DNA of 64,000 nucleotides, taken from the NCBI GenBank assembly GCA_964016885.1, contig OZ024745.1, forward strand, positions 104,284,001 through 104,348,000, read 5' to 3'. Below the pieces are notes generated by a model. It ran no database searches. It worked only from the letters and a program-made list of their open reading frames with translations, and was not told the origin of the DNA. Below, one piece after another: positions 1 through 13,710 of the stretch. A program made the translations under genes and the position numbers. This DNA comes from Eledone cirrhosa (taxonomy: Eukaryota). How positions within the stretch are numbered: the stretch's first letter is position 1; every line of letters begins with the position of its first letter.

Positions 1-40
1 AATATGGTTTTATAAATATAGTTTCCATTTATTTAATATC

Positions 41-93
<53 letters not shown>

Positions 94-96
<3 letters not shown>

Positions 97-2538
97 TGAG
101 TCCTCGATATACGGTATATATGCGTTCCTGAAACCCTTGCGCTATAGCGAATTACCATATAAAGAACCCATTAAACATGAAATAGATAGGGATGCGTTGA
201 AGCACATCGAAAAAGTCATCTCTACAGAAAAGAAATAATGTTTTTTTTTATTTACTGTACCTTACACATAGATGTCCATCAGATGATGTGCCTCTTCATT
301 TGTCCCTCCCGAGGCTAAGGGACAGTATGGGTTTCAGCCCTTACTCATCTCGGGCTGAGTTGGCAGGGGAGGATGAGGGTGATGTGGGAGGCTCAAAACC
401 AACAAACTCGTTGACTGCAGTGGATGTTGAAGGGCCAGCTGTAGCACGGTTGGCAGGTGTGACTGGCTTGAAGAAAGAGTAGATGGAGGACTGTTTAGCG
501 GTGTTTCTTTTGGCCTCATACATTTCTTCGTAAATCTTGACACTTTTCTCGACGTCTTGAGCCACTTTGCTGCTCCTAGCCGTGTTGGGTCACGCTCCTT
601 CAGGGTTTCTAAGATTGTTTCGATACTCCCGAGACATTCTCTTAGAGTTTTTATGTCCAAGCCACGCACAGGTTCTTCTTCCTCCTCTTCTTCTTTTTCT
701 GTCTCTTGTATCGCCTTGTCTAGTTCTGAGTTCATTCATTGGAAAGTAGTTCAGCGTGGCTTTCCAAAAGGTCTTGCACATCATCATCATCATTAACACC
801 ATCGAAACCAGCTCTATGGCAGAGATTTACAATATCTTTTTTATCGCACCAATGTCCTCAGCAAAACCTTGGAAGTCATTCACACATACTGGCCGTAATT
901 TCTTCCAGGCCAAGTTCATGGTAGCCTGCTTAACTTCTTCCCAAGATGCCTTGATATTGTCTAAGCCGTGCTTGATGTTGTACAATTTCCACTATTCCCT
1001 GATCGTGGGCTTGTCAGGCCCATCTGTGCCCTTTATCAGCTGCTGCATGGTTCTCCGCTGGTAGTATGCCTTAAATGTTTTGATGACTGTTTGATCCATC
1101 AGCTGAATGAGAGCTGTGGTGTGGGGGGGGGGGGACAAAACCTCAATAGCAGAAACGGTTGGCAATGTTGTTAGCTAATGCATATTCTTTAAGGGTTGGT
1201 GACAGATATGAGGTGAAAACATCCTGGTGAATTGAAGTGATCAGCCATGCCTTCTTATTAGACTTCTATATCACTGGTAGGTATTGCTTAAGTAACCCCT
1301 TGAGTGCTCTTGGAGTTTCAGAATGGTAGATAATGAGTGGCTTTAGCTTTAAATCTCCTTCTGCATTCCCTCCAAGTAACAGAGTAAAGCGGTCCTTTGA
1401 GGCTTTGAAAGCCTTCGCACTTTTCTCCTCCTTGTCAATTACTGGTATTACTGGTCATATTTTTCCAATAAAGTCCTGTTTCATCATAATTAATAACCTG
1501 CTTTTTTCTGTACCCCTTCTCTGCAATGCATTTATCTAACTCTGTCTTGAATTTTTCAGCACTCTCTTTGTCGGAACTGGCAGCCTCACCTGTAACATTT
1601 ATGTTGTGAAGACTCGAACATCGTTTGAACTTATCAAACAAGCCTTTGCTTGCTTTGAATACAAAGTCCTCCACCCCCATTTCAGTCTTGAGCCTGTCAA
1701 TAATGGACAATGCTTTCTCACTGATTACATTTAAAGACAGAGGCATATTTTGACGATTTTGGTCGTCGATCCAAATTTTGAGCAACCTTTCCGTCCTATC
1801 CATAATCGGCTCACGATGTTTGGTCAACAATTTACTCTGTAGACTCGTAGTATTCTCTCCAGCTTTTTTTGATAGCCTCACTATTTTTTAAAACAGTCCA
1901 GACTGTAGACTGGGATAGGCCTAAGTTACGACTTATGGCGGACGTACCTTGCCCCTGTTCCTTCCTTTTCAAAATGTCCAGCTTTATCTCCAAAGTCAGG
2001 CTCTTCCTCATGCGTTTGGCCTTTCCATCTGCATCAGCAATATTCAAAGGGCGTTTTGGGGTCATGAGATATGGGGTTATAAGATATGCCGTGATAATTA
2101 TGCTTCAAAAACACGCCGTCGGGTTTTCTCTTACTTTCAATAACGTAATAACTCTTAACTGATCACTTCAGTTCGGCAAAAATTCTCTCATTGAGAGGAC
2201 ATGCTAGTTTGCCGAACTGAAGTAATCAGCTAAGAGTTATGACGTCATCGATCGATATCTGAACTCGCTCGTGATTGGCCAGTTTCTCGGTAAGGTCAGT
2301 TAGTCCGATAGCAGTACTAACACAATTTTCCTAGAATTCGAATAGCAGTCAGTTTCCATGAATTCAAGGGGAATTTATTGCTTACTACAGGTGGCGCTAC
2401 GGTACAGATATAAACAAAACACGACCAAAAACCGCATCTGTGACCTTTTTTACCGTAAATAGAATTGATGGTAGTAAATATCCCAAAACCGTATCTGTGA
2501 ATTTACCGGATAAAGAACTACCGTATATAGAGTACATG
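94..2538 (-). mobile_element. Tigger/pogo-family DNA transposon, decayed
   Basis: Left end TA|CAGTGAGTCCTCGATATACGG (94-114) is partly mirrored by CCGTATATAGAGTACATG (2521-2538). Both ends abut (TA)n, and transposase fragments lie between them. Confidence 0.8.
334..2065 (-). pseudogene. Tigger/pogo (CENP-B-like HTH + DDE) transposase, frameshifted
   Basis: ORF 1832-2065 (RKSLTLEIKLDIL...LGLSQSTVWTVLKN) is the N-terminal HTH. ORF 1435-1881 (FKASKGLFDKFK...NYDETGLYWK) is the second HTH plus the first DDE aspartate. Acidic C-terminus at 334-735. Pieces lie in different frames. Confidence 0.88.
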
Positions 2539-2539
2539 C

Positions 2540-2588
<49 letters not shown>

Positions 2589-2608
2589 CATGCATATATA
2601 TATGCATG

Positions 2609-2640
<32 letters not shown>

Positions 2641-2654
2641 CATGCATATATATA

Positions 2655-2684
<30 letters not shown>

Positions 2685-2690
<6 letters not shown>

Positions 2691-3622
2691 TAAAGTTAGT
2701 CCTTCATCAGTGATCTTCCAACCATCATTGGTATTTCATCGCTTTAGAGACCATATACCTCCGGTTGCTGCGAGCAACAGCTAAAAAAGTCGTTGGGACA
2801 CGTAAATAAAGGGGACACGAGAGTGTAAACAAACAAAGATGGTGAAGCAACGAAAAGTGAGGAAGAACGAGTCAAGTCCCAAATTTCCATGAATATAAGT
2901 TCGGTGAAATCGTGAACGAGAGAGAATAAAGACCATCAAACCTGGTTGGAATGTGAGCAAGGAAGGAATTCCGTACAGGTCTAACGGGAGGAAGAAGGGA
3001 TCTAGTCTGTGAATTCGGTGAACGTAAGTTCTGTGAAATCGTAGACGAGAGAGAGAAAAAAAGCGACCTGCCTGACCAAGGGTACGAAAGAAAAGAATTA
3101 CGCACAGGTCAAACGGGAAGAAGGAGGAGGAGGAGAGGTAGTAACAGAGAGTGAGTGAGTGAAGGGTGAGGAAGAGGCTAACAGAGAGAGTGACTGTTAG
3201 AGAGGGTAAAGATACAGAGAAAGAGGAAGCAGTAAGAACGAAATAGACGGGTCCTCGTCTACAATTTCACTGAACTTACGTTCACCGTAATTCACAGACT
3301 AGATCCCTTCTTCCTCCCATTAGACCTGTACGGAATTCCTTCCTTGCTCACATTCCAACCAGGTTTGATGGTCTTTATTCTCTCTCGTTCACGATTTCAC
3401 CGAACTTATATTCATGGAAATTTGGGACTTGACTCCTTCTTCCTCACTTTTCATTGCTTCACCATCTTTGTTTGTTTACACTCTCGTGTCCCCTTTATTT
3501 ACGTGTCCCAACGACTTTTTTTAGCCGTTGCTCGCACCAACCGGAGGTATATGGTCTTTAAAGCGATGAAATACCAATGATGGTTGGAAGATCACTGATG
3601 AAGGACTATCTTTATTCATATG
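2685..3622. repeat. Long inverted repeat, ~365-bp arms with ~200-bp spacer; PLE pseudo-LTR-like
   Basis: 2685-3048 is the near-exact reverse complement of 3255-3622. Each arm ends outward in CTGATGAAGGACTA (5' half of a hammerhead core). A diverged single copy lies at ~14480-14860. Confidence 0.9.
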
Positions 3623-3653
3623 TAACCCATTAGCAACCACGCAGCACGTTTAT

Positions 3654-3690
<37 letters not shown>

Positions 3691-4324
3691 AATATCTTTA
3701 AGTCGTTTGGAAGCCTCAACAATGCAAATGGGTAAATCTCCGGGTAACAAGATCCGGTAATGGAGAGTGAGATGTAAGTGGGTGTACGTTGAGATGCATG
3801 GTGTGTATGAGATGTGTAGAAGAATAAAGGAAAGTGTATAAAGGATAAAATAAAAATAACAACACCAGAGAGAGTTACCTTGGGAGAGATTTAATAGTCC
3901 CTATATATTTCGGATTCACATCCAACAACTGGGGGTTTTTCCGGGGTGGAGGAAAGGTTATCTGTCGGACAGGTGCGAAACGCGTCCTCCGCTGCTTGTT
4001 GTTTTGAATATCTGAGGTATTCGGCAGAGCGCGCGTGCGCGTGAAATGGGATCGGTCGGGCAGAGGTCAGCGGCCGAATGAGGCAGTGGGGTGGCGCTAG
4101 CTGTCAGTCCATTCTCTGCCTGTTTGTTAAATGTTACTGTGTGTGTGTGTGTGTGTGTTGTTGTCTCGCTTGAGTGTGTGTGTGTGTGCGTGTGTTGTTG
4201 CCTTGTTCCTCTGTATTGGCAGTGTAGTATGTCCGTATGGTGGAATGCTACTGTGTGCGTGTGTGTGTGCAGTTGTCTCGTTTGTGTGTGTGTGTGTGCG
4301 TGTGTTTCTGCATCGTTTGTTAGC

Positions 4325-4998
4325 TTAAACCAGCCATTTCATTTCGCTTCTCTCTGATCGGTTGTTTATTTGCGGTTGCAGGCGTTTGATAAAAAGCGCT
4401 TCCTTGATACTTAACGTGCCGACGTTTCTTTCAGTCGCTAGAATTGTGACAATGGGCCTTCCGTCTTTGTTTCCGCATTTGTCTATGTGTTTCCGGAAAG
4501 ACGAGGCCCTGGTTTTAGTGTGTTCCTTGATCCGGATGTGCAAAGGTCGGATTGTGCTACCTATGTAGTATTGGTTGCACCTGTCACATTCTATCTTATA
4601 CACGACGTATGTGCGTAGGCAACAGTTCGCATGGCGTATCGGGCAGTCTCTGAGGGAGCATGCGTCAGTAGATTTCCCGGGTTTCCTGGAGAGGCATCTT
4701 CGCAGGGAGGGGCCCGAGAGGGCCAGGTGGATGTCGAGGCCCTCCCTCCGTATAGCCTTGCGGATAGCGTTGGTGGTATTCTCGCCCAGGTGTGGCATTT
4801 TAAGGAAGCACTTGCCTTGGGTGCCTCTCTGTCTCTTGCGTCTGGCGTCTCCTATTCTGTCTGTGATCGAGGTAGGGTACCCGTTCGTCTCCAGCACCTC
4901 GAGGAATCGCTTGGTATGAGTGACACCACTCGCGGGATCGTTGCATCTGTTTTTGATTCGCGCGATCTCGTTCGTGATGTATCCTCTTTTGGCACCGT
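4325..4998 (-). mobile_element. 5'-truncated Penelope-like element: RT thumb + GIY-YIG endonuclease
   Basis: YVVYKIECDRCNQYYIGSTIRPLHIRIKEH...IKEALFIKRLQPQIN is a GIY-YIG domain, preceded by LETNGYP (thumb). The ORF start listed at 5194 is microsatellite. Confidence 0.9.
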
Positions 4999-5082
4999 TA
5001 TATATATATATACACATATATACACATATATACATATATATATACACATATATACATATATTGTATATATATATATATACAC

Positions 5083-5146
<64 letters not shown>

Positions 5147-5203
5147 TGTGAGAAAAATATATATTAGATGTGAGAAAAACCACAGACCCTCCATCTCAAC
5201 TCA

Positions 5204-5241
5204 CCTTTTGAAAAGCAGAAGAACTGCGAAACCGGTAAAGG
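5204..5241 (+). ncRNA. Minimal hammerhead ribozyme, variant core (UUGAAAA)
   Basis: CCTT-TTGAAAA-GCAG aagaa CTGC-GAAA-CCGG-TA-AAGG: stems I and II pair, stem III is the palindrome ACCGGT, and the cleavage triplet is GUA. Same motif at 13345-13382 (+) and 40853-40887 (-). Confidence 0.6.
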
Positions 5242-5538
5242 AACCAAATAAATATATATATTTTTAAAAAAATAAGACTCCAGTTGCATTTTCGATTTCA
5301 TCTCTTTTTCTTTATATATATATATATATAAAATGAGATTAATATCCCCACAGGTACTAAGTACCCACGGAAATATATAGGGTGTCTATAATACATTTGT
5401 TGTTCAATGGTATTAATTTGAGATAACAGAGCTATAAAATTGAGATGAGCGGAACAAGTCAACATTAAACAATCTTTTAAATAACTTAAAATACGATTTA
5501 AATATTTACCTATCCAAAATATGAAAGCAATTTGGATA

Positions 5539-5543
<5 letters not shown>

Positions 5544-5628
<85 letters not shown>

Positions 5629-5642
5629 TATATATATATATA

Positions 5643-5728
<86 letters not shown>

Positions 5729-5868
5729 TATATATATATATAGACATATATATATATATATAGACATATATATATATATATATAGACATATATATATATA
5801 TATATAGACATATATATATATATATAGACATATATATATATATATATAGACATATATATATATATATA

Positions 5869-5956
<88 letters not shown>

Positions 5957-6047
5957 TACATATATATATACATACATATATACATATATATATACATACA
6001 TATATATATATACATATATATATACATACATATATATATATATATAT

Positions 6048-6142
<95 letters not shown>

Positions 6143-6191
6143 CATATATATATATATACATATATATATACATATATTTACATATATATAT
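5544..6191. repeat. (TA)n microsatellite with GAC/CA interruptions
   Basis: Direct reading; abuts the 3' end of the LINE. Confidence 0.97.
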
Positions 6192-6277
6192 AACTTTGAA
6201 TAACTTTGAAATGTTTTGGCCAGTATTGGCCCAGGCCATGTCTAACTTAATAGCACCACCTGGCGAAGTCTTTCAAT

Positions 6278-9200
6278 TCAGGATTTGGGCACCATGGCCC
6301 ATTCGAGAAGAGAATTACTGTTTGCGGAGACATATCCGGGTGTGGGTGGTTTGTCCGGGATTACTTGGAGGAATTTGTCCAAAGACTTCTTGAATTTTGT
6401 GTGGTCAGTTTCTGTTTTGACGTGTCCTGGTGTGATGTTGAAGAGAGCAGGGCCGATTGAGGTGAAATAATTGTGCCGTATTGTTGTTATGAGTTGCGAT
6501 TTAGATTTTTGAATGGGACGGATAGCACGGGGCCCAAGCCTTGGGTGTATCTTGAAGGCGATGCCAACATCATTTGGGCAGTGATGATGGAACATTTTCC
6601 ACATCATGCAGATAATATAACGCTCACGGCGACGTTGGAGTGAGTAAAGTTTCAGGTTTTCCAATCGACCCCAGTAGTCAAGGTCTGACATGCCATCTAT
6701 CTTTTTCGTGATTGCCCTTTGAGGAGCTTCAAGTTTCATGATACTTTGTTTCGTGTGGGGAGACCACAGTGGACAACAGTATTCAAGGTGTGGTCGGGCG
6801 AAAGTAGAGAAGAGAAGGATAATGGTGCGGGAATCTCTCGACTGGAAGGTTCTGAGGATCCAGGAACACATTCTGCGGGCCATGTCAACTTTGCTGCTTA
6901 TATGCGTGGTCCAGCTTATGTTGCTGTCCACGGTTACTCCCAAGTCTCTGATGTTGTTAGATGCCACGAGAGTTTCCCCGGAGGGAAGGGAGTACGGGAG
7001 TTTCAGAGCATCCTCTTTTCCAAAGTGGATCAGTTCGAATTTGTCTTCGTTCAGTAACATGTTGTTCTTTTCTGCCCATTGGGTAACAGCCAGTAGGTCT
7101 GACTGAAGGCTTATCCGGTCATCCACGCCATTGATGACCTTTTGGAGCTTGGAATCATCAGCGAAAATTTTAATGTTGCTGTGTTTGATGATGTCAGTGA
7201 TGTCATTAATATAGATGATGAAGAGAAGTGGGCCCAACACAGTGCCTTGTGGGACTCCACTACTGACTTTGGCTGGGCTTGATTTGACTCCCTCAACTAC
7301 AACATGTTGGGTTCTGTTTGACAGGAAGCTCTTGATCCACTGCAGCAGCTTTCCAGTGACACCAATATTGGACAGCTTTCTCAGTAGAATGTTATGATCA
7401 ACCCTGTCACAGGCCTTGCTGAAATCAAGGTAGATAACATCAGTGTTGGAACCCTCTCCCAAGGCTCTCAAAATGTCATCAAAGTGATGCAGTAGTTGCG
7501 TCAGGCAATCCCTTCCATTACGGAATCCATGCTGGTTGGAGTTCAGCATATTGTTACTCTCAAGGAAGTGGGTCATTCGCGATCTCACCACTCGCTCAAA
7601 TACCTTAATGATATGAGAGGTGAGTGAGATTGGACGGTAATTCACGGCAAGGGATTTGTTTCCCTTTTTGAAAACTGGGACAACAGACTGGGATAGAAGG
7701 TTTTCTGGCACATATCCAGCATCCAGTGAGTTCCGCCACAGATTGGCAAGAGGAGAAGCAAGTTGGTGTTGACACGCCCTCAAGACACAAGCAGGGAACC
7801 TATCGGGACCTACTGCTGAATTATGCTTGATTTCCTTTATTGCCGCCAAGACATCAGGGGCGCCAAACGTTATGTCCGATAAGGTGTAATGGGGAGTAAC
7901 ATCGCCGATACAGCCCAGATCGGCCATATCAGGATTGCTGAAAACAGAGCAGTATTGTTTCTGCAGTATCTCACCCATGGTTTTAGCATTGTCTTGAAGA
8001 GTGCCAATTTCATCAATTAGAGGGCCAACAGTAGAGCCAGTGATTTTGTGTTTTTTTGCAAATGAAAAGAACACTTTGGGATTGAGTTTGATCTTCTCAA
8101 TGGCCCAGGCCTCTTCAGCTCTTCTCTGATTGTTGATGAGGGACATTATGTTGTTTTGGAGGTTATGTTTTTTAATCTCTAGTGATGAAATGGCAGTCAA
8201 GTTGATGTGTTGCTGCTGACAGTATTTCAGCTTGTTGATTTTTTTGTTCGTTCTCTTAATTTTTCTGATGAGCGTTTTTCTATTTCTAGGGATTCTGCTC
8301 TTAGATTTGTTTATAGTTCTTAATGGGGTGTGTTTAGCACATATGTTTGTAACAGTGTCCACAAATGTCTGCCAGGACTTTTTGATGTTAGTGGGTGTAT
8401 GAGTGTGCGTGAAGGACCAGTCGACATGTGCAAGATCATGACTGATCGCTTCCCAGTTTGCATTGTGGAAATCCATAGCGTCAAACGGATGGACAGGAGA
8501 GATGACATTGGGTTTGTATATTGGACGGTGGAATCTCAGATCACAGAGAACCATGTCATGATCAGAGAGTAGAGTTTTCTCCACTGCAATATTGTGGATA
8601 TTGTCAGTGTGATTGCTGAAAATTAAGTCTAGGACGTTTTTGTGGCACCTCGTTGGTTCGAGCACTAGTTGGGATAGGAAGAAATCATCCATGAAGTCAA
8701 GAAGCGATTCCACAGCTTCCCTGTCAGAGGTTGAGGCAGAAGAACCTGGTGGCAGGGTGTTTGTGGACCAGTCAACTCCGGGGAGGTTGAAGTCCCCCAT
8801 CATTAAGATGTTGTCAGGGTGACACTCTTGGATGAAACACTTTATGCTGTTGAGGCATTCCTTGAAGCATGGTACAGGCGTTTGGGGTGGCCTATAGAGC
8901 CCAACTACTAATAGGTTGTTGGTTTGACTGAATACAGTGACTGCCTCACAGTATCCATTAGTGAATATGTTCATAGCCTCTGTTGAGAAAGAATTATGGA
9001 CATAAATGGCAGTTCCGCCCTTTCTTCTGCCAGCGCGATCAGCACGGATGGCTTTGAAATTTTTCACTTTCACCTCGGCTTCCAAGTGGAGGTTACTGAG
9101 ATGGGTTTCAGTGAGGACGAAGAAAGGGATGTGGTTTGGATGGACATCAATCCAGTCCTCCAGGAATTTGATCTTCCATTTTTGAGTATTGGTGGAAGGG

Positions 9201-9298
9201 CTGATGCCTTGGGCGTTAAGCAAAAATGTAGAGGCGAGAGTGGATGGTTTTAATTGTTTTGGTGTGTTGTTAATTTGTTTGTTTGTTAATGGCAGCAA
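6278..9298 (-). CDS. LINE ORF2 (AP endonuclease + reverse transcriptase), CR1 group, 1006 aa uninterrupted
   Basis: APE motifs LTETHL, GGTAIY, GLYRPP, GDFNLP, LDLIF, SDH. RT motifs [45 protein letters not shown]1-like tail [17 protein letters not shown]. Confidence 0.95.
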   Translation of the reverse strand: MLPLTNKQINNTPKQLKPSTLASTFLLNAQGISPSTNTQKWKIKFLEDWIDVHPNHIPFFVLTETHLSNLHLEAEVKVKNFKAIRADRAGRRKGGTAIYVHNSFSTEAMNIFTNGYCEAVTVFSQTNNLLVVGLYRPPQTPVPCFKECLNSIKCFIQECHPDNILMMGDFNLPGVDWSTNTLPPGSSASTSDREAVESLLDFMDDFFLSQLVLEPTRCHKNVLDLIFSNHTDNIHNIAVEKTLLSDHDMVLCDLRFHRPIYKPNVISPVHPFDAMDFHNANWEAISHDLAHVDWSFTHTHTPTNIKKSWQTFVDTVTNICAKHTPLRTINKSKSRIPRNRKTLIRKIKRTNKKINKLKYCQQQHINLTAISSLEIKKHNLQNNIMSLINNQRRAEEAWAIEKIKLNPKVFFSFAKKHKITGSTVGPLIDEIGTLQDNAKTMGEILQKQYCSVFSNPDMADLGCIGDVTPHYTLSDITFGAPDVLAAIKEIKHNSAVGPDRFPACVLRACQHQLASPLANLWRNSLDAGYVPENLLSQSVVPVFKKGNKSLAVNYRPISLTSHIIKVFERVVRSRMTHFLESNNMLNSNQHGFRNGRDCLTQLLHHFDDILRALGEGSNTDVIYLDFSKACDRVDHNILLRKLSNIGVTGKLLQWIKSFLSNRTQHVVVEGVKSSPAKVSSGVPQGTVLGPLLFIIYINDITDIIKHSNIKIFADDSKLQKVINGVDDRISLQSDLLAVTQWAEKNNMLLNEDKFELIHFGKEDALKLPYSLPSGETLVASNNIRDLGVTVDSNISWTTHISSKVDMARRMCSWILRTFQSRDSRTIILLFSTFARPHLEYCCPLWSPHTKQSIMKLEAPQRAITKKIDGMSDLDYWGRLENLKLYSLQRRRERYIICMMWKMFHHHCPNDVGIAFKIHPRLGPRAIRPIQKSKSQLITTIRHNYFTSIGPALFNITPGHVKTETDHTKFKKSLDKFLQVIPDKPPTPGYVSANSNSLLEWAMVPKS

Positions 9299-10461
9299 TG
9301 GGAGTTTGTGCAGTGGGGTGATAGTGGAGGGTGGTGCTGGGTGATAGCTCGAATGTTTTTTTCCAGTTCTTTTGCCAGATTCATTATGGCTAAAAAAGAG
9401 GAAGAAGTTTCCTGTTTAGAAGACTGTTGGTGACTGTGGTAGTGGTTATTTTTATGTAGGTTATGGTTTTTGTTTTTGCTTTTATTTTTAATTTTATTTT
9501 CATTTATCCGACGGGTCCCCGGGAGATGGGTAAAGGGACAATCCCGGTCTAAACACAATCTGTCTCGCAGGGAAAAACGGCAGATTTGTGGATTCCTTGT
9601 TTGAGTTATTGGTGGTTGTGTTGGTGTTAAATTAGAGTATGTATTATGGTGGTGGCTGTTTGTGGGGATAGATCGTTTTGTCCTAGGTAAATGGGTGAAT
9701 TTGCAGCCACTATCCGTACATATTCTATAGCGTAGAGAGTAGCGGCAAATGATGGGGTTTCGAGTGGGTGGGTATGTGGGTGTGGGTGTTGTGAGAGGTG
9801 TAGATGATGGTTTGGGTAGGATTTGACGACCTTTGTGGACTGTGGGAGGGAGAGTTCTTGTTCTGGTATTAGAAGGTAAATTCCTTGACATAGCAGTAGA
9901 CAAAAATGTTGTAGTAGTAGTAGTAGTAGTAGGCAGAGATGTTGGCAGTGGTGATGATTGGACTGCTGGGCCAGAGAAAGGATGTGGCGTTTCATGCTGT
10001 GAGACAGAGGCTACTGGGGGGTCAATAGTTTCATTTAGTAGATCGGCCATTGTTGATGAATCAAGGAGTGGTTCACACTGTTGTTGTTGATGTTGTTGTT
10101 GTAGCTGTTGTTGATGTTGTTGTTGTAGCTGTTGTTGATGTTGTTGTTGTAGCTGTTGTTGTTGTTGCTGTTGTAGCTGCTGTTGTTGTTGTTGCTGCTG
10201 CTGGACAGCATTCGAAGAGAAAACACACAGTAGTTTATCCAAATGTTTATTGATTAATTTAAAAGCAATTTTGATTTGCTTTAATTTATTTTGAATCTGT
10301 TGTTCAGATCGAGTTTTCAAAAATTGAACTGTACGTTTAGCAATGTCGTTCAGAGATGAAGCATGTATGTCTTCAGTTTGGGAAAGGCAATGCCATGTGT
10401 TTATTAGAATGTCGATTTCATTATCAGACCAGTTCTGTTTGGATTTTTGCTGGTTAGCCAT
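9286..10461 (-). CDS. LINE ORF1: Myb/SANT-like N-terminus, polyQ, two CCCH-type zinc fingers
   Basis: 391-aa ORF directly upstream of ORF2, overlapping it by 13 nt. NWSDNEIDILI...RSEQQIQNKLK; fingers CRYSLRYRICTDSGCKFTH and CRFSLRDRLCLDRDCPFTH. Confidence 0.85.
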   Translation of the reverse strand: MANQQKSKQNWSDNEIDILINTWHCLSQTEDIHASSLNDIAKRTVQFLKTRSEQQIQNKLKQIKIAFKLINKHLDKLLCVFSSNAVQQQQQQQQQLQQQQQQQLQQQHQQQLQQQHQQQLQQQHQQQQCEPLLDSSTMADLLNETIDPPVASVSQHETPHPFSGPAVQSSPLPTSLPTTTTTTTTFLSTAMSRNLPSNTRTRTLPPTVHKGRQILPKPSSTPLTTPTPTYPPTRNPIICRYSLRYRICTDSGCKFTHLPRTKRSIPTNSHHHNTYSNLTPTQPPITQTRNPQICRFSLRDRLCLDRDCPFTHLPGTRRINENKIKNKSKNKNHNLHKNNHYHSHQQSSKQETSSSFLAIMNLAKELEKNIRAITQHHPPLSPHCTNSHCCH

Positions 10462-10472
10462 TCTAGTTTTGA

Positions 10473-10946
10473 GTGTGTGTGTGTTTTAGTTAAGTATTTC
10501 AATATATATATATTTTTTTTTAAATTTATTTTTGATTTATTTTTGTTTTTTGTTTTTCTTGTGTGTGAGTGAGAAGCGTATATATATAAATATGAGTATA
10601 TATATATATATATATGTATATTCTGGTTATTTGAAATTAATTAAGTTAATGAAAAGACGAAAGTATATAATAATAATTTGTAGTTAAAGGAAAATGTACT
10701 CACAAGTTCGTGTGTGTGTGTTTTAGTTAAGTATTTCAATATATATATATTTTTTTTAAATTTATTTTTGATTTATTTTTGTTTTTTGTTTTTCTTGTGT
10801 GTGAGTGAGAAGCGTATATATATAAATATGAGTATATATATATATATATATGTATATTCTGGTTATTTGAAATTAATTAAGTTAATGAAAAGACGAAAGT
10901 ATATAATAATAATTTGTAGTTAAAGGAAAATGTACTCACAAGTTCG
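10473..10946. repeat. Tandem duplication (~237 bp x2) in the LINE 5' UTR
   Basis: 10473-10710 and 10710-10946 are near-identical. A further ~51-bp duplication lies at 10960-11060. Confidence 0.92.
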
Positions 10947-11161
10947 AAAACACGTGGTTTCAAATATATAATAATATAGATGTATGAAAAATGTATTAAC
11001 CGGTCAATTTTCAAATATATAATAATATAGATGTATGAAAATGTATTAACCGGTCAATTTTTGTTTGTTTGGTTTTGTCTTGTGGTTTTGTTTTGTGGCT
11101 GTGTGACTTGCTGCTTACTCGGGGAATATATATATATGCATATATATATATATATATATGC

Positions 11162-11218
<57 letters not shown>

Positions 11219-11265
11219 CATATATATACATATATACATATATACATATATATATATACATATAT

Positions 11266-11314
<49 letters not shown>

Positions 11315-11321
11315 CATATAT

Positions 11322-11364
<43 letters not shown>

Positions 11365-11425
11365 TATACATACATATATATATATACATATATATATACA
11401 TATATATATACATATATATATATAT

Positions 11426-11484
<59 letters not shown>

Positions 11485-11488
11485 CATA

Positions 11489-11520
<32 letters not shown>

Positions 11521-11573
11521 CATATATATATATATACATAACGGCGATGAATTAGTTTTGCGAGGTTTTTTAT

Positions 11574-12510
11574 ATGAACTCGTGTGTCGAAGCAAATAAT
11601 GTTATACTTGGGGAGGGTCATATTTGTGTAATATTGCTAGAATTAATAACAGAACACACTTACTGTTATATAAAAACTACAATAACAACAGAACAAATCC
11701 GCTTCTTAAAACACTGTGTTTCCTCCAAAATATACACAACAAACATATCAAAACAAGTAAATAATTTATTATTGAACAAAACACAAGCTGAACGACTAAA
11801 ACACACAATAACAGTTAATATGAAAAGAACAACATACACAAAAGTCAACGAACTTTACAGACAGAAACGCATTAACGGTAAGGAAGTCCGAAATCTCACC
11901 ACGCCAAACGAGAGGGATAACTTCATGAGCGTCATCCGACGTGAAACGAAATACGCCCGAAACGAATGCAATAGGCACTTCAATAAGAAATTAGAATGGA
12001 TGAATAAGAAAAAACTACTAGAAAGGAAAATAGAATATTCTCAAATATACCCAGATAACATCAACAATATCCGCATGACTGATGTAAAACTACCGGAAGA
12101 ATTTACCAATGACCACACAGTAAATATTTATGGGAACACTTTAATCAGTGAACAAGAACATCAAATCCTGCAGCTACCACCAAAATTTGCCATCTACAAA
12201 AAGATTAACCCTATGGAGTGCAAAACGGAGCTGGAAAAGTGTTTCACAAAAATACGTTGGAATGCAAAGGTAAACAACAACAACAACAACAATAATAACG
12301 GTAGTAGTAAAATAAACAATAACTCTGAGTATAGAAATAACAGCCATAACCATAACAATAGCAGGAAAGTGAGAAATAGTAATAATGGTAATAATACTAA
12401 CGATAGACAGAACAACAACAACCACAATAATAATAATAATAATAGAAACATTAACCACAGACACAGCAGCAGCGACCACAGTAGTAATAACGGTAACAAT
12501 ACGAACAACA
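11574..12510 (+). mobile_element. N-terminal part of a Penelope-like element ORF, 3'-truncated
   Basis: EQIRFLKHC and LISEQEHQILQLPPKFAI...ELEKCFTKIRW resemble PLE N-terminal motifs. An Asn-rich tract follows, with no RT. Confidence 0.65.
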
Positions 12511-12511
12511 A

Positions 12512-12622
12512 CGTGTTGCCTTCAATGAGGTGAGTGCAGGTTCCACAATTAGAGCGACCACATTTTTTGATACTTGGTTGTGGGTTTGTGGTTGGTAATT
12601 TGGCATTGGTGAGTAATGTTTT
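12512..12622 (-). mobile_element. Neptune-like PLE linker fragment
   Basis: TLLTNAKLPTTNPQPSIKKCGRSNCGTCTHLIEG matches [17 protein letters not shown] in the PLE at 35500-37020. Confidence 0.75.
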
Positions 12623-12639
12623 CATACACACATATATAC

Positions 12640-12754
12640 ACACACACAAAATATATATTCTCTCCATCTTAACATACTCGCACACACACACATAACACCC
12701 ATATACACACACACACAACTCCCTCTCCCATTTCTACTAATAGAATCATCTTCC

Positions 12755-12841
<87 letters not shown>

Positions 12842-13460
12842 GCACACAAATAAACATACATATCTTTACTTCAATAGAAAATCTGAACTCTGACACCCCA
12901 GCGAACTAACCATATTCACTGAACCAGAACAATTCTCCCATCCCTTTCTCTTGACAATTATCTTTCACTTATCACAAAATTCTCTAAAAAGGCTACAGAA
13001 TGGATTTCCAAATAAGGACACGAAAATTTAATGAAAACTTGTTCACGTGACAGCCATAATTTCATTTATAACCAACCAAAAAAAAAAGCCTTCGTGAGAC
13101 CCTTTTTTCAAGTAAAAAGAAATTCAAACACTCATATATGAAAAAACAACCTGTGACAAACCCCCTTTTATTTGAAGAACTATTGTAACGCGAACTGGCG
13201 CGAAATTTATTATAATTATTGACAAACCAATCAAATTACTTCTCGAAAAACCTGGCATTTCGAGCCACTTTTTCCATATAAAACAAGTAACATTCAGAGA
13301 CCAACCAGATGTGAGAAAAACCACAGACCCTCCATCTCAACTCACCTTTTGAAAAGCAGAAGAACTGCGAAACCGGTAAAGGAACCAAATAAATATATAT
13401 ATTTAAAAAAAAAAAAATAAGACTCCAGTTGCATTTTCGATTTCATCTCTTTTTCTTTAT
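12640..13460 (+). repeat. Interspersed repeat (PLE 3'UTR/pLTR-like) ending in a variant hammerhead
   Basis: Reverse-complement homologue of 40720-42050; short copy at 5165-5310; hammerhead at 13345-13382. Confidence 0.8.
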
Positions 13461-13664
13461 ATATATATATGGAGTGAACATCTTAAGCATATAGCCATGT
13501 TTACATTTCTTGCTCTCAAGATACTGGTTCAGTCTAATCCATTCGGATTGGTTTGTCCCTGTTATTCATAGAGCAACATCGGTTAAGGTTGGCACCATTA
13601 ACTCAAGGATGGATGTGGATATATTCATGTATATGTATGTGTCCGCATGTATCTGTGTGTTTCT

Positions 13665-13710
<46 letters not shown>

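Noticed and set aside
3947-3990. CGAAACGCGTC hammerhead-like word
   Set aside because: No CUGANGA core in the correct position, and it is on the opposite strand to the adjacent PLE.
5298-6239. Long YIYI/CVCV/THTH ORFs here and at 11011-11621, 28747-33644 and 44129-44912
   Set aside because: Translations of (TA)n and (CA)n microsatellites, which lack stop codons.
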